DNA from: Planctomycetota bacterium
GTDB lineage: Bacteria; Planctomycetota; UBA8108; SXIK01
Length of the DNA: 64,000 nt
Assembly (NCBI GenBank): GCA_965223845.1
Contig: CBDCXR010000004.1
Span: 6,432,001 to 6,496,000, forward strand
Direction: 5' to 3'
A model generated the notes under the pieces. The model had not been told where the DNA came from. It ran no database searches and saw nothing but the letters and a program-made list of their open reading frames with translations. This document shows, piece by piece, positions 47,665-57,663 of the stretch (position 1 is its first letter; every line of letters begins with the position of its first letter). The position numbers and the translations under genes were made by a program.

Positions 47665-50600
47665 ATGATGTCGAGGTCGAAGGACCGTTGGATGTTCGTG
47701 TCGGCGGCGCTCATCGCGTCGACCCTACTCGTCGCGATCCTCCCTGTTGCCGATGCAACGGCGCAGAGTCTCGTGATCTCCGAGTTCATGGCGATGAACG
47801 ACGACATCCTCGCCGACGAGGACGGAGAGTATTCCGACTGGGTGGAGGTCTACAACGCGGGCGCGGACGCGGTGAGCCTCGCTGGGTGGGCGCTCACCGA
47901 CGACGAGAGCGAGTCGGAGAAATGGACCTTCCCCGAGCTCGAGCTCCCGGCCGGCGGGTTTCTGGTCGTTTTTGCCTCGGGAAAGGATCGCCGCGATCCA
48001 GATGCCGAGCTGCACACGAGCTTTCGCCTGAGCGGGGCCGGTGAGTACCTCGCGCTGGTCGAGCCGGGCGGGGTGCGCACCGTCTCCGAGTATCGCCCCG
48101 AGTACCCGGCGCAAGTTGCGTACGCGTCCTACGGTCGGCCGATGACGACGACGCGCTTCGCCTTCGCGACCGAGGGCGAGGCGGTGCGCTATTTTGTTCC
48201 GACCGACGATAGTCTAGGCGACGCGTGGCGCGATCTCGAATTCGACGACGCCGGCTGGGCGAGCGGACCGACGCCGATCGGATTCGATCAGAAATCGACG
48301 ACGACCTTCGCCGAGATCGTCGCGACCGACGTCGCCGAAGTCTTTCGCGGAGTCAATCCGGGGATCTTTCTTCGGAAGCGGTTTACGTTCAGCGGTGCGC
48401 GCCCCGACGAGCTCGACGTCCTTCTTCTTCGTGCGCGTTACGAGGACGGTTTCGCCGCGTACCTAAACGGCGAGCTCGTGGCGAGCGCGGAAGTGCCGGA
48501 GGATCTCGATTGGAGCTCGCGGGCGGACTCCTCGCGTCAGGCTGGCCGCGAGACGGAAATCGTGCTTTTCGACATTACCTCGTCGCTCGCGCATCTCCGC
48601 GAGGGGGAGAACGTCCTCGCGATCCACGCACTCAACCGAAGCGTGAGCAATTCCGATTTCTTGATTTCGGTCGATCTCGAGGGAGTGCGGGTCGATGGCA
48701 TCGAGACGACCACGCGACGGTTTTTCGACCAGCCTTCTCCGGGACTCCCCAACGGCGAGGGATCGGAACGCATCGCCGAGAGCCCGACGTTTTCGCGTCC
48801 GACGGGGGTCTCGGTCGAAGACGTGATACTCGAGCTGTCGACGGCGACGCCCGGCGGGCAAATCCGCTACACGACGGACGGCTCGAAGCCCGAACCGCAT
48901 TCGCCCCTCTACAGCGGGACGATCACACTCGATCGGACGCTTGTGGTTCGCGCGCGGACGTTCGCGCCGGGCTACGTCCGGAGTCCCGTCAGCACGGAGA
49001 GCTACGTCCGTCTTGCCGACGATGTCGTCAGGTTCTCGTCGGATCTCCCGATTTTCGTGATCAATACGTTCGGCGGGGCCATCACCCCGACCGTCTTTAG
49101 GGACGCCCACGTCTACGTAACCGATGTCGGTGAAGACGGCCGAGCAACGCTGACGGACGGCGTCGATTTCGCCGGACCGGGCGCACTCAAGGTTCGCGGA
49201 TCGAGCACCGAAGGTCGTCCGAAGAAGGCGTTCAATCTCGAACTGCGCGACGATCGCGGCGATGACCGAGCCGCGAGCTTGCTCGGGCTCCCGGCGGATG
49301 CCGATTGGGTCCTCTACGCTCCCTACAACTTCGACCGCGCTCTGATGCGGAATCCGTTCGTGTACGAGGTGAGCAATCAGGTGGGCCGCTACGCGACCCG
49401 CACGCGCTTCTGCGAGGTCTTCGTGAACACGTCGGGCGGTCCCGTGCGCTACGCGAACTACGTGGGGCTCTACGTTCTCATCGAGAAGATCACTCGGGGA
49501 GAGCACCGCGTCGACGTCGAAAAGCTCGAACCGTTCCACAACTCGAGACCGGAGATCACGGGCGGGTACATGCTCAAGATCGATCGACCGGATCCGGGCG
49601 ACATCGGCTTCAACGCCGGCGGAGAGAGCATCAAGTACGTCGATCCGAAGGAAGAGGACGTCACGACGGAGCAACGCCAGTACATCTCGTCGTTCGTCGC
49701 GCAGATGGCGCGGTCGACGTCTTTCCCGGACGCCCACGACGCCCTGAATGGCTATCACGCCTTCCTCGATGAACAGTCGTGGATCGACCATCATCTCATC
49801 AACGAGTTCACGAAGAATCCGGACGCGCTTCGTCTCAGCACCTACTTCTTCAAGCCGCGCGGCGGTGTGATGGAGTACGGGCCGGTGTGGGACTTCGATC
49901 GCACGCTCGGACCGGACGACGACGCGCGCGCCGCGAGCCCGATCGGCTGGATGGGGCCGCATGCTTCCGGTTGGTGGGGCGCGCTGCTTCGCCGGCCAGA
50001 CTTCTCGAGCGCCTACAGCGAGCGCTGGATCGACCTGCGCGAGGGCGCGTTCGCGACGGAGAACCTCCTCTCGATCATCGACAGTATGGCGGCAGAGCTC
50101 GCCGAGGCGCAGGTGCGGAACTACGAGCGGTGGCGTGGTCTCGTCAACCCGAACGGCGGTTGGGAGAACGAGGTGCGCTCGCTCAAGAATTGGGTGACGC
50201 AGCGCGTCGCGTGGATGGACAGCGAGCTCCTTCTTCCCCCAGAGTTCAGCCATCCCGGCGGCCCCGTCTCGGCCGGGTTTACCGTCTCACTCCTCACGCC
50301 GAAGGGCGACATCTACTACACGATCGATGGTTCCGATCCCGCGAACCGGGGGGACATCGCGGCGACGGCGCGGCTCTACGACGGGCCGATCCCGATTGAG
50401 GGAACGATGGCGATCACTGCGCGGACGCGCTTCGGAGAGACTTGGAGCCGCCCGGTGGACGAGGTCTACGCGACGGGAGTGCCCCGTCTCGTCGTCACGG
50501 AAGTGAACTACGACCCGCCGAAGGATGCCGAGACGGATTTCTCTGGCGCAGACCGAGAGTTTATCGAGCTGCAGAACGTCGGTGACGTGCCGATCGACCT

Positions 50601-51264
50601 GACGGATTGGGAGCTCGGCCCGCGTCCGAGCTTCGACTTCAACGAGAGTGCAGTCAAGACGCTCGCACCCGGCGAGTTCCTGGTGATCGTGAACGACCTC
50701 GAGGGATTTGTCTCACGCTACGGCGACGAAGGGATCCAGATCGCGGGAGAGTACACTCGGAGCCTCGGAAGCAGCGTGCAGCCCATCGGGGTGATCGACG
50801 CGAACGGATCGCCGGTCGTACAGTTCAGCTACGATGGCAATTGGTATCCCGAGGCGAAGAAAGACGGTGGTCACTCCATCGTCATCCGCGATGCTCGCGC
50901 GGCACCCGAGACGTGGATCCACGGGGAGAGCTGGCGGGCGAGCGCGGCGGTCTTCGGGTCACCGGGCGCCGAAGATCCCGATCCGACCCCGGGCGGTCAG
51001 ATCCCCGGCGATCACAATCAGGACGGCCGATTCAACATCGCCGACGCGATCGGTCTCCTCGGCTATCTCTTCGAAGGGACGGAGGCGCCGTGCGCAACCG
51101 AGGACGCGGTCACCGCTCTCCTCGACGTGAACGGCGATGCTCGAGTGAATATCGCCGACGCGATCTTCTCTCTGAGCTACCTCTTCGTCGACGGGGAGCC
51201 ACCGGTCTTCGGGATCGACTGCCGGCCGATCGCGGGTTGTGGGACGGTGTGCGTCGACGGGTAG
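47665..51264 (+). CDS. CotH-family kinase with lamin-tail domains, Fn3-associated/chitobiase domains and C-terminal dockerin-like module
   Basis: Signal peptide; LVISEFMAMN...DWVEVYN (LTD); IRYTTDGSKP; KVRGSST, DWVLYAPY, YVGLYVLIEKI, KNPDA, GPVWDFD (CotH); VTEVNYDP...EFIELQN (LTD); GDHNQDGRFNIAD and DVNGDARVNIAD. Confidence 0.92.
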   Translation: MMSRSKDRWMFVSAALIASTLLVAILPVADATAQSLVISEFMAMNDDILADEDGEYSDWVEVYNAGADAVSLAGWALTDDESESEKWTFPELELPAGGFLVVFASGKDRRDPDAELHTSFRLSGAGEYLALVEPGGVRTVSEYRPEYPAQVAYASYGRPMTTTRFAFATEGEAVRYFVPTDDSLGDAWRDLEFDDAGWASGPTPIGFDQKSTTTFAEIVATDVAEVFRGVNPGIFLRKRFTFSGARPDELDVLLLRARYEDGFAAYLNGELVASAEVPEDLDWSSRADSSRQAGRETEIVLFDITSSLAHLREGENVLAIHALNRSVSNSDFLISVDLEGVRVDGIETTTRRFFDQPSPGLPNGEGSERIAESPTFSRPTGVSVEDVILELSTATPGGQIRYTTDGSKPEPHSPLYSGTITLDRTLVVRARTFAPGYVRSPVSTESYVRLADDVVRFSSDLPIFVINTFGGAITPTVFRDAHVYVTDVGEDGRATLTDGVDFAGPGALKVRGSSTEGRPKKAFNLELRDDRGDDRAASLLGLPADADWVLYAPYNFDRALMRNPFVYEVSNQVGRYATRTRFCEVFVNTSGGPVRYANYVGLYVLIEKITRGEHRVDVEKLEPFHNSRPEITGGYMLKIDRPDPGDIGFNAGGESIKYVDPKEEDVTTEQRQYISSFVAQMARSTSFPDAHDALNGYHAFLDEQSWIDHHLINEFTKNPDALRLSTYFFKPRGGVMEYGPVWDFDRTLGPDDDARAASPIGWMGPHASGWWGALLRRPDFSSAYSERWIDLREGAFATENLLSIIDSMAAELAEAQVRNYERWRGLVNPNGGWENEVRSLKNWVTQRVAWMDSELLLPPEFSHPGGPVSAGFTVSLLTPKGDIYYTIDGSDPANRGDIAATARLYDGPIPIEGTMAITARTRFGETWSRPVDEVYATGVPRLVVTEVNYDPPKDAETDFSGADREFIELQNVGDVPIDLTDWELGPRPSFDFNESAVKTLAPGEFLVIVNDLEGFVSRYGDEGIQIAGEYTRSLGSSVQPIGVIDANGSPVVQFSYDGNWYPEAKKDGGHSIVIRDARAAPETWIHGESWRASAAVFGSPGAEDPDPTPGGQIPGDHNQDGRFNIADAIGLLGYLFEGTEAPCATEDAVTALLDVNGDARVNIADAIFSLSYLFVDGEPPVFGIDCRPIAGCGTVCVDG

Positions 51265-51507
51265 GCGATCGCTCCGACGCGCAGCGTACACGCGAGGACA
51301 GCGTATGCGGGTCCGGTGGAGTTGCGTTTTTCCTCGAGCGCGGAATAATGGCGCAACGTCCCGGACGACTCGCCCAGATTTCGTGCGAACGCCGGATCTC
51401 TCTTCGCGATCGACCGCGCGGAGCAACGACCGTCAGTAGGCGGAGCCCCGCGCGCTGACCGTCACCGCGCGCGTTTTTATGCGCGACCGTGTGCGCCCCG
51501 TTGCGTA

Positions 51508-54500
51508 ATGGCCGACCCGCACGAAACCACCCGGTCGAACGATTCGACGACGGATTCTCTCGACGCGACGCCGGCGGCGTCGGAGGAGACGGCGGCCGAC
51601 GTGCACGATGCCATGGCACGCGTGCGCCAGCGGCTGCTCGACCTCACGATGCGAAACCGGCTGCTCAGCTTTCGCCTGAGCAAGCGCGCGGTCCCCATCG
51701 TCGACGAGCTTCCTCGTCAGACGCTCGAGTGTCTCGTCGGGCAGGGCCGCGCGATGCGTCTCGATCCCCTCGCGCGCGACGACGAGCCGCCCCCGCCGGA
51801 AGAGCGCGACGTGGGCCCTCGGCCGGCACGAGCCACGGCGACCGGAGACGAGCTGCCGCGAGCGGACGCGAACGAGACGGAATCCACTCGCACCGTCGAG
51901 GGCGAGGGCCGGGCGGAGAGTGAGGCGCAGCCATCCTCTGCGCCGGCGCGCGCGCCGAGCACCGATCTCGAGACGGAGCTCCCGCAGGATCCAGGTCGAG
52001 GTCGCGAATCCTCGCCGCGTCATCGCGACGCGGCTCTCCAGACTCCGTATGCGTACGAGGAGCTCGAGAAGCGTCTCCGGGGCATCCAGCGCGCCTACAT
52101 CGACGCGATTCAATCGACGGGCGTGAATCTCCTCCATCTCGCCTGCGGTTTTCTCGAGTGGTACGAGGATGCCGAGTCGACCACGCTCCGGCGCGCGCCG
52201 CTTCTCCTCGTTCCCGTCGCGATCGAGCGGCAGCGGGTCGAGCTCAAGGCGGACGTCCCGCGCGAGGAGGGGAAGCCCCCGCGGAAGCTCTACCAGTACC
52301 GCTATACGATCGCTTACGAGGGCGAGGATCTTACGTCGAACGTCTCGCTGGGGATCAAGCTTCAAAACGAATTCGGCGTCGATCTGCCGGCGCTGAGCGA
52401 GTTCATTCCCGCCGATGGCGGCGTGGTCGATCCCGAAGAGTACTTGGAGGCGGTGGCGGAAGTTCTGCGCGGTCACCCCGACGCAGCGCGCTGGCGGGTG
52501 CGGCGCGAGATGGTCATCGGATTCTTCAGCTTCAGCAAGTTTCGCATGTACCTCGACCTCGACCCGAGAGTCTGGCCGGCGGGAAAGGCGCCTGAGGAGA
52601 ACGAGCTACTCCGCGACATGCTCGTCGGCCGCCAGCGGGAGCCGCTCGAACTACCGACGCCCGAGGAGATCGATCGCGCGCAGACGAGCTGGGAGCTACC
52701 GCTCGTTCTCGATGCCGATTGCTCGCAGACGGCTTCGCTCATGGCGGCGATGGACGGAGCGAACCTCGTCATCGAAGGGCCGCCGGGCACGGGAAAGTCG
52801 CAGACGATCACGAACCTCGTCGGGCTCGCGCTCGGCGCCGGGAAACGCGTGCTCTTCGTCTCGGAGAAGCAAGCCGCGCTCGATGTCGTCCGGCGAAAAC
52901 TCGACGCCGTCGGCCTCGGCGAGTACTGCCTCGAGCTCCACAGTCACAAAGCGCGAATCGGGTCCCTACTCGATGATCTCCGGCGCCGACTCGAGTTCGA
53001 GCCGAAAGCGTCGCGGCGTAGTCACAAGCTGCTCGAGACACTCGAGGAGCACCGCCGAACGCTGAACGACTACGCGGCGCTCGTCGCGAGGGTGGTCGGG
53101 CTCCGCGGCGAGACGGTCGAGAAGATCTTTTGGCGCGCGCGGCACTATTCCGAGGGGCTCGCGCGTTCGGCCAAGGAGCGCGGGATCGATGTCGCGGAAG
53201 TGCGCGTCCGACTCGACGCCGTGCGGTCACCGGATCTCGACGCGGATCGCCTCGGCGAGATGGAGGCCCAGCTCGACGAGGTGCGCCGACACGTCGAGGA
53301 CGGAATTCTTACCCGTGCGGCGTGCTGGAAGCACTTCAAACCGCGACTGCTCGTCCCGGAGGACCGCGAGACGATCGGAGCCGCGATCGAAGAGATCGAA
53401 GAAATCGTCGGCGAGCTCTATGCACCGTTCGAACGCTTCGTCGGAGATGGTCTCGTGCCGCGGGACTGGACGCTCGCCTCGATCGAGAGGATGCTCGCCG
53501 ACGACGTTCTCGCGGCCCGGCCTTCCGTGGACGTCGTCGCGGGCGTCGCAGCGTGCGTGGCGCGCGATCCCGACGGTGCCGGGCGGATGGTCGCGCTCGC
53601 GGAGGAACTCGAAGCGCATCGGGACGCGGTGCGGGGGATCGAGGAAAGGCGCGAACGAACACGCGGGGTGCCGGAGGATGTACTGCGGCGTTACGACGAG
53701 ATCGCGACAAAGCTCGAGAGCGCTCGGATCGAGGTCGGAGACGCGGCCGACATCGAGAGTGCGCTCGAGACGGTCGCGAACGCGCGGCGAGCGGTCGTCG
53801 CGTTCGGCCGTCATGTCGCCGTCGTCGCGCGCGAGCTCTCGCTCACCGTCCCCGAGACGCTCGCGGCCGGTCTTCAGCTTCAGCGCTGCGCGAAGGCGCT
53901 TCTCTCGCTCGACGCCGATGCTCTCGCGGCGATCGAACCGCGTCACGCTGACGCTGAATTCGTTCGCGCTCTTGCGTCCGCGCGAGACCGAGCGAAGACG
54001 CTCGTCGCTGAGCGCGCGGAGCTCGAAGAGTTGTTCTCGCTCCGCGACGCACCGAGCAATGATGGCTTGCGCGATCTCAGGTTGCAGCTCCGCGAAGCGG
54101 AGGGGAGCTTTTTCCGGTGGCTCCCGTTTTCGAAGCGAGCGAAGCTGCGCCGGGTGATCCGGAGGTTCTGCCAGCGACCGGACGTCGTCCATCGAGATGA
54201 CGTGCCCCGACTGCTCGAGCGTCTCTCCGATTTTCGCGAGCGCGAAGCAGAGTTCTCCGGTGACGTAGCTCTCGCCGATCGACTCGGGACGCTCTTTCGC
54301 GGAACGGAAACCCGTTGGGAGACGCTCGATCGTGTCGCGGCACTCGCCGAGGAGGCGCACGCACTAACGGACGGCTCGGGCGTTCAGCGGTTCCTCGAGG
54401 GCACTCGCCGTGCGGTCGAGGGGAGATCGCGCTGGGCGAACGAGCGTGAAGAGCTCGAGCGAGTGGAGGCGGCGCTCGCCGCGGCGCGTTCGCGCTTCGA

Positions 54501-56802
54501 TTCCGCAATCGTCGGCGGCGCCGGCTGGCCGACGGACACGAACTACTCCGCGGGGGCGGAGTGGTTCGGGACGCTCTCGAGTGAAATCGCGAGCTATCGA
54601 GACGCATTTCTACCGTGCGCGCTCGGTGACGACTCGAGCTTTCGGGAGCTCCGCGAGGAAGCGCGGGCGCGCATTGAAGCGTACGAAGAGGAGAGGGCTT
54701 TCGCTCGCGAAGCAGGGGTGATCGCGGCGCGTCTCGGACCGGAGAGCGGCTTCGCAAAGGAGCTGGGAGCGGAGTTTCGCGGGACGGAGACCGATCCTGC
54801 GCGGATTCGTTCGACACTCTCCTGGATCGAAGAGATCGAGGGCCTCGCGCTTCCGTCGGGATGGGGGGAGTGGATTCTCCGCTCCGTGCACGAGCGATTC
54901 GATCGGTCGATCGACGCCGCGCGTGCGGCGATGAAGCTCGTCGCACCGTGGCGGGCTGCGGTCGAGAAGCTGCTCGAGTTCGGCGATCTGCGGAGCGCAC
55001 CCGGATTTGATCCCGGGCGCTCGGCCGCGTTCGACCTCTCCGCTCCCGGGGTGGTGAGTGCGTGCCGCGCGGGTCTTCCCGAGCTGCTCAACTGGTCGCG
55101 GTGGTGCCAGGCTCGACGGCGCGCGACGGAGCTCGGACTCGAGGCGCTCGTCGGTGCAGCGGAAACCGGTCGCGTGCCGACCGATCGACTCCGCACCGCG
55201 CTCTACGCGGAACTCTACGGCGAACGAGCGCGGCGGCTCCTCACCGAGCATCCGGAGCTCGAGGGATTCGACCGCCATCACTTCGAGCGCGTGCAGCAAG
55301 ACTTCAGCCGGAAGGATCAGCAGTGGGCGACGGCATCGCGCCGCGCCATCGTCGAAGCGCTCGGCAAGATCATTCCACCCGAAGGTGTGACGACGGGGCG
55401 GGTGGGCGACTACTCGGAGCTCCATCTCATCCGGCACGAAGCATCGAAGAAGCGGCGGCACATCCCGATTCGCCAGCTCGTCGAGCGCGCGGCGAGCGCG
55501 CTGATGGCACTGAAACCGTGCTGGCTCATGTCGCCACTTTCGGTCGCACAATTCCTACCGCCGGGCGAGGTGATGTTCGACCTCGTCGTCATGGACGAGG
55601 CGTCACAGATTCGACCGGAGGACGCGCTCGGCGCGATGGCGCGAGGAGTCCAGGTGATTACGGTCGGTGACAGCAAGCAGATGCCGCCGACGCGGTTCTT
55701 CGATCAGATCGACGACGATGAAGCAGAGCCGGATGAGGAGACCGCCCTCGAGCAGTCCGAATCCATCCTCGACCTCTGCCGCGGGGCGTACTTCTCGACG
55801 ATGCTCGAGTGGCACTACCGGAGCGAACACGAGAGCCTGATTCAGTTTTCGAACGAGGCTTACTACGACGGACGACTGATTCCCTATCCGTCGATCTACG
55901 ACGATCACCCGCGCTACGGAGTGAAGTGGTCGTTCGTCGAAGGCGCGTACTCGCGCGGCCGAAACGTCCCCGAGGCGGAACAAGTCGTCGCGGCCGTGCT
56001 CGAGCACGCGAAAGCGCAGCTCGGCGAATCGGAGAAACGCCGCGAAAGCCTGGGTGTCGCGACGATGAACATCGATCAGCGCGACCTCGTTCTCGATCTC
56101 CTCGACCGCGCAGCCGAGGAAGACGAGGAAGCGGACGAGGCGCTCTCCGCGCTCGCCTCGATGGAAGATCCGCTCTTCGTCAAGAACCTCGAGAACGTCC
56201 AGGGCGACGAGCGCGACCACATTCTGATTTCATGCACCTACGGGCCGGATGCAGAGACCGGGCGCGTGTTCCAGCGCTTCGGACCGATCGGACAGCGAGG
56301 AGGCGAGAGACGATTGAACGTGCTCTTCACTCGCGCGCGACGGCGAGTCACCGTGATCTCGTCGCTTCGCGGATCGGACATCCGGCTCACCGAACGCAGC
56401 CCGCGGGGTGTCATCGATTTTCGCGGCTACCTCGAGTTCGCCGAAGGTGGTGGTGGATCCCGGTCGGCCGAAAGAAAGCGCGAGCCATCGAGCGCCCTTC
56501 AGCGTGAGCTCGCCGGGGCGATCGAGCGGCTCGGTTACGAACCGGTCTTTCAAGTCGGCGTTGCGAGCTACTCGATCGACGTCGCGGTCGTCCACCCCGA
56601 CGAACCCGGCCGGTTCATTCTCGGCGTCGAATGCGACAGCTCGAGCTACTCGGGAACTCGGGTCGCGCGCGACCGCGAGCGGCTGCGCGCACAAGTTCTT
56701 CGCCATCGCGGCTGGCGTCTCCACCGCGTGTGGGCAGTGGATTGGTATCAGAACCGCGACACCGAGGTCGCGCGGCTCGAGGCGGCGATTCGCGAAGCCT
56801 AG
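51508..56802 (+). CDS. DUF4011 - SF1 (Upf1-like) helicase - Vsr/DUF559-like nuclease; Hhe-type anti-phage protein
   Basis: RQRLLDLTMRNRLL, TGVNLLHLACGFLEW, APLLLVPV (DUF4011); GPPGTGKSQTITN, VSEKQAAL, MSPLSVAQFL, DEASQ, GDSKQMPP, HYRS, ENVQGDERD, RRLNVLFTRAR; C-terminal IDVAV...GVECD...RDRERLR..L..RGWRLHRVW. Confidence 0.9.
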   Translation: MADPHETTRSNDSTTDSLDATPAASEETAADVHDAMARVRQRLLDLTMRNRLLSFRLSKRAVPIVDELPRQTLECLVGQGRAMRLDPLARDDEPPPPEERDVGPRPARATATGDELPRADANETESTRTVEGEGRAESEAQPSSAPARAPSTDLETELPQDPGRGRESSPRHRDAALQTPYAYEELEKRLRGIQRAYIDAIQSTGVNLLHLACGFLEWYEDAESTTLRRAPLLLVPVAIERQRVELKADVPREEGKPPRKLYQYRYTIAYEGEDLTSNVSLGIKLQNEFGVDLPALSEFIPADGGVVDPEEYLEAVAEVLRGHPDAARWRVRREMVIGFFSFSKFRMYLDLDPRVWPAGKAPEENELLRDMLVGRQREPLELPTPEEIDRAQTSWELPLVLDADCSQTASLMAAMDGANLVIEGPPGTGKSQTITNLVGLALGAGKRVLFVSEKQAALDVVRRKLDAVGLGEYCLELHSHKARIGSLLDDLRRRLEFEPKASRRSHKLLETLEEHRRTLNDYAALVARVVGLRGETVEKIFWRARHYSEGLARSAKERGIDVAEVRVRLDAVRSPDLDADRLGEMEAQLDEVRRHVEDGILTRAACWKHFKPRLLVPEDRETIGAAIEEIEEIVGELYAPFERFVGDGLVPRDWTLASIERMLADDVLAARPSVDVVAGVAACVARDPDGAGRMVALAEELEAHRDAVRGIEERRERTRGVPEDVLRRYDEIATKLESARIEVGDAADIESALETVANARRAVVAFGRHVAVVARELSLTVPETLAAGLQLQRCAKALLSLDADALAAIEPRHADAEFVRALASARDRAKTLVAERAELEELFSLRDAPSNDGLRDLRLQLREAEGSFFRWLPFSKRAKLRRVIRRFCQRPDVVHRDDVPRLLERLSDFREREAEFSGDVALADRLGTLFRGTETRWETLDRVAALAEEAHALTDGSGVQRFLEGTRRAVEGRSRWANEREELERVEAALAAARSRFDSAIVGGAGWPTDTNYSAGAEWFGTLSSEIASYRDAFLPCALGDDSSFRELREEARARIEAYEEERAFAREAGVIAARLGPESGFAKELGAEFRGTETDPARIRSTLSWIEEIEGLALPSGWGEWILRSVHERFDRSIDAARAAMKLVAPWRAAVEKLLEFGDLRSAPGFDPGRSAAFDLSAPGVVSACRAGLPELLNWSRWCQARRRATELGLEALVGAAETGRVPTDRLRTALYAELYGERARRLLTEHPELEGFDRHHFERVQQDFSRKDQQWATASRRAIVEALGKIIPPEGVTTGRVGDYSELHLIRHEASKKRRHIPIRQLVERAASALMALKPCWLMSPLSVAQFLPPGEVMFDLVVMDEASQIRPEDALGAMARGVQVITVGDSKQMPPTRFFDQIDDDEAEPDEETALEQSESILDLCRGAYFSTMLEWHYRSEHESLIQFSNEAYYDGRLIPYPSIYDDHPRYGVKWSFVEGAYSRGRNVPEAEQVVAAVLEHAKAQLGESEKRRESLGVATMNIDQRDLVLDLLDRAAEEDEEADEALSALASMEDPLFVKNLENVQGDERDHILISCTYGPDAETGRVFQRFGPIGQRGGERRLNVLFTRARRRVTVISSLRGSDIRLTERSPRGVIDFRGYLEFAEGGGGSRSAERKREPSSALQRELAGAIERLGYEPVFQVGVASYSIDVAVVHPDEPGRFILGVECDSSSYSGTRVARDRERLRAQVLRHRGWRLHRVWAVDWYQNRDTEVARLEAAIREA

Positions 56803-56942
56803 CCGAGCGATCCGTTCCCGGAGTCACGCTCCACCGCGTCCCAGCGGACGTGAAGGTCGAGCGCATTCGGGCGAACTGCGCGCGCAGCGACAGAGATCGG
56901 TCCCCGCGCGCGCGTCGAATCACCGCCGAGCCGGAGCTCAGG

Positions 56943-57275
56943 TCACTTGACGACGAAGCCCACGATCATCGCGGCGACGACACCCACTACGAAGATCACG
57001 ATCGCCACGATCGTGTCGACCGCCTGTTCCTCGGCTCGCCGCTTTTGCTCGCCGGCCTTCGGAAAACGCGGGATGCGGCGAACGAGAAGAAAGATCGCCT
57101 CGGCGATGACCATCAATCCGAAGGGGATGAACGCGGCGTCCCAGCCGCGGGTATTCGTGATGGAAAAATCGTCTTTCACCAGCGCGACCACCCCGAGTAC
57201 AGCGATGGCCACTCCGATCAACAGAATCACGACCTGCCACACGTAGCGGAACGGAATCTTCCATTCATCAGCCAT
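56943..57275 (-). CDS. Small hypothetical membrane protein (3 TM)
   Basis: Three hydrophobic segments; GGAGG 7 nt before the ATG; candidate promoter upstream. Confidence 0.7.
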   Translation of the reverse strand: MADEWKIPFRYVWQVVILLIGVAIAVLGVVALVKDDFSITNTRGWDAAFIPFGLMVIAEAIFLLVRRIPRFPKAGEQKRRAEEQAVDTIVAIVIFVVGVVAAMIVGFVVK

Positions 57276-57394
57276 TCGAGATCCTCCAACAACTTGACCC
57301 GAAGCCGCACTCCGGCGACGGTGCTCTCAGCGCGAATCGCCGAAACCGCGGAGCGCTGCCGTACGATGTTCGCACTAAACACAGCGTTGGGGTC

Positions 57395-57423
57395 AGTGTC
57401 GGTCTCACTCCGAGCGCTGTCAA
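57395..57423 (-). promoter_or_regulatory. Candidate sigma-70 promoter
   Basis: Minus strand TTGACA-N17-GACACT, 120 bp upstream of ATG 57275. Confidence 0.5.
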
Positions 57424-57663
57424 CGCTCCGTCCCGCCTTCGGATCGGGGCCGGTACGTGCGCGGGATCGAGGTGTCGTCTAAACAGAGGAGCGAGTTCGG
57501 CGCTCGAGATGTCGTCGATGGGATCGCTCGGCGGGGCGCGTGCAGCGCGGCCGGAAGGGGCGGGACCGTCCTACGCGTGAGGCTCCCCCGTGAGTTCGGC
57601 GCTCGAACGGTTCGACGGTACCGGGGCGTCCGACCGTGCGCGACCCGACCGACGATCGACCCG

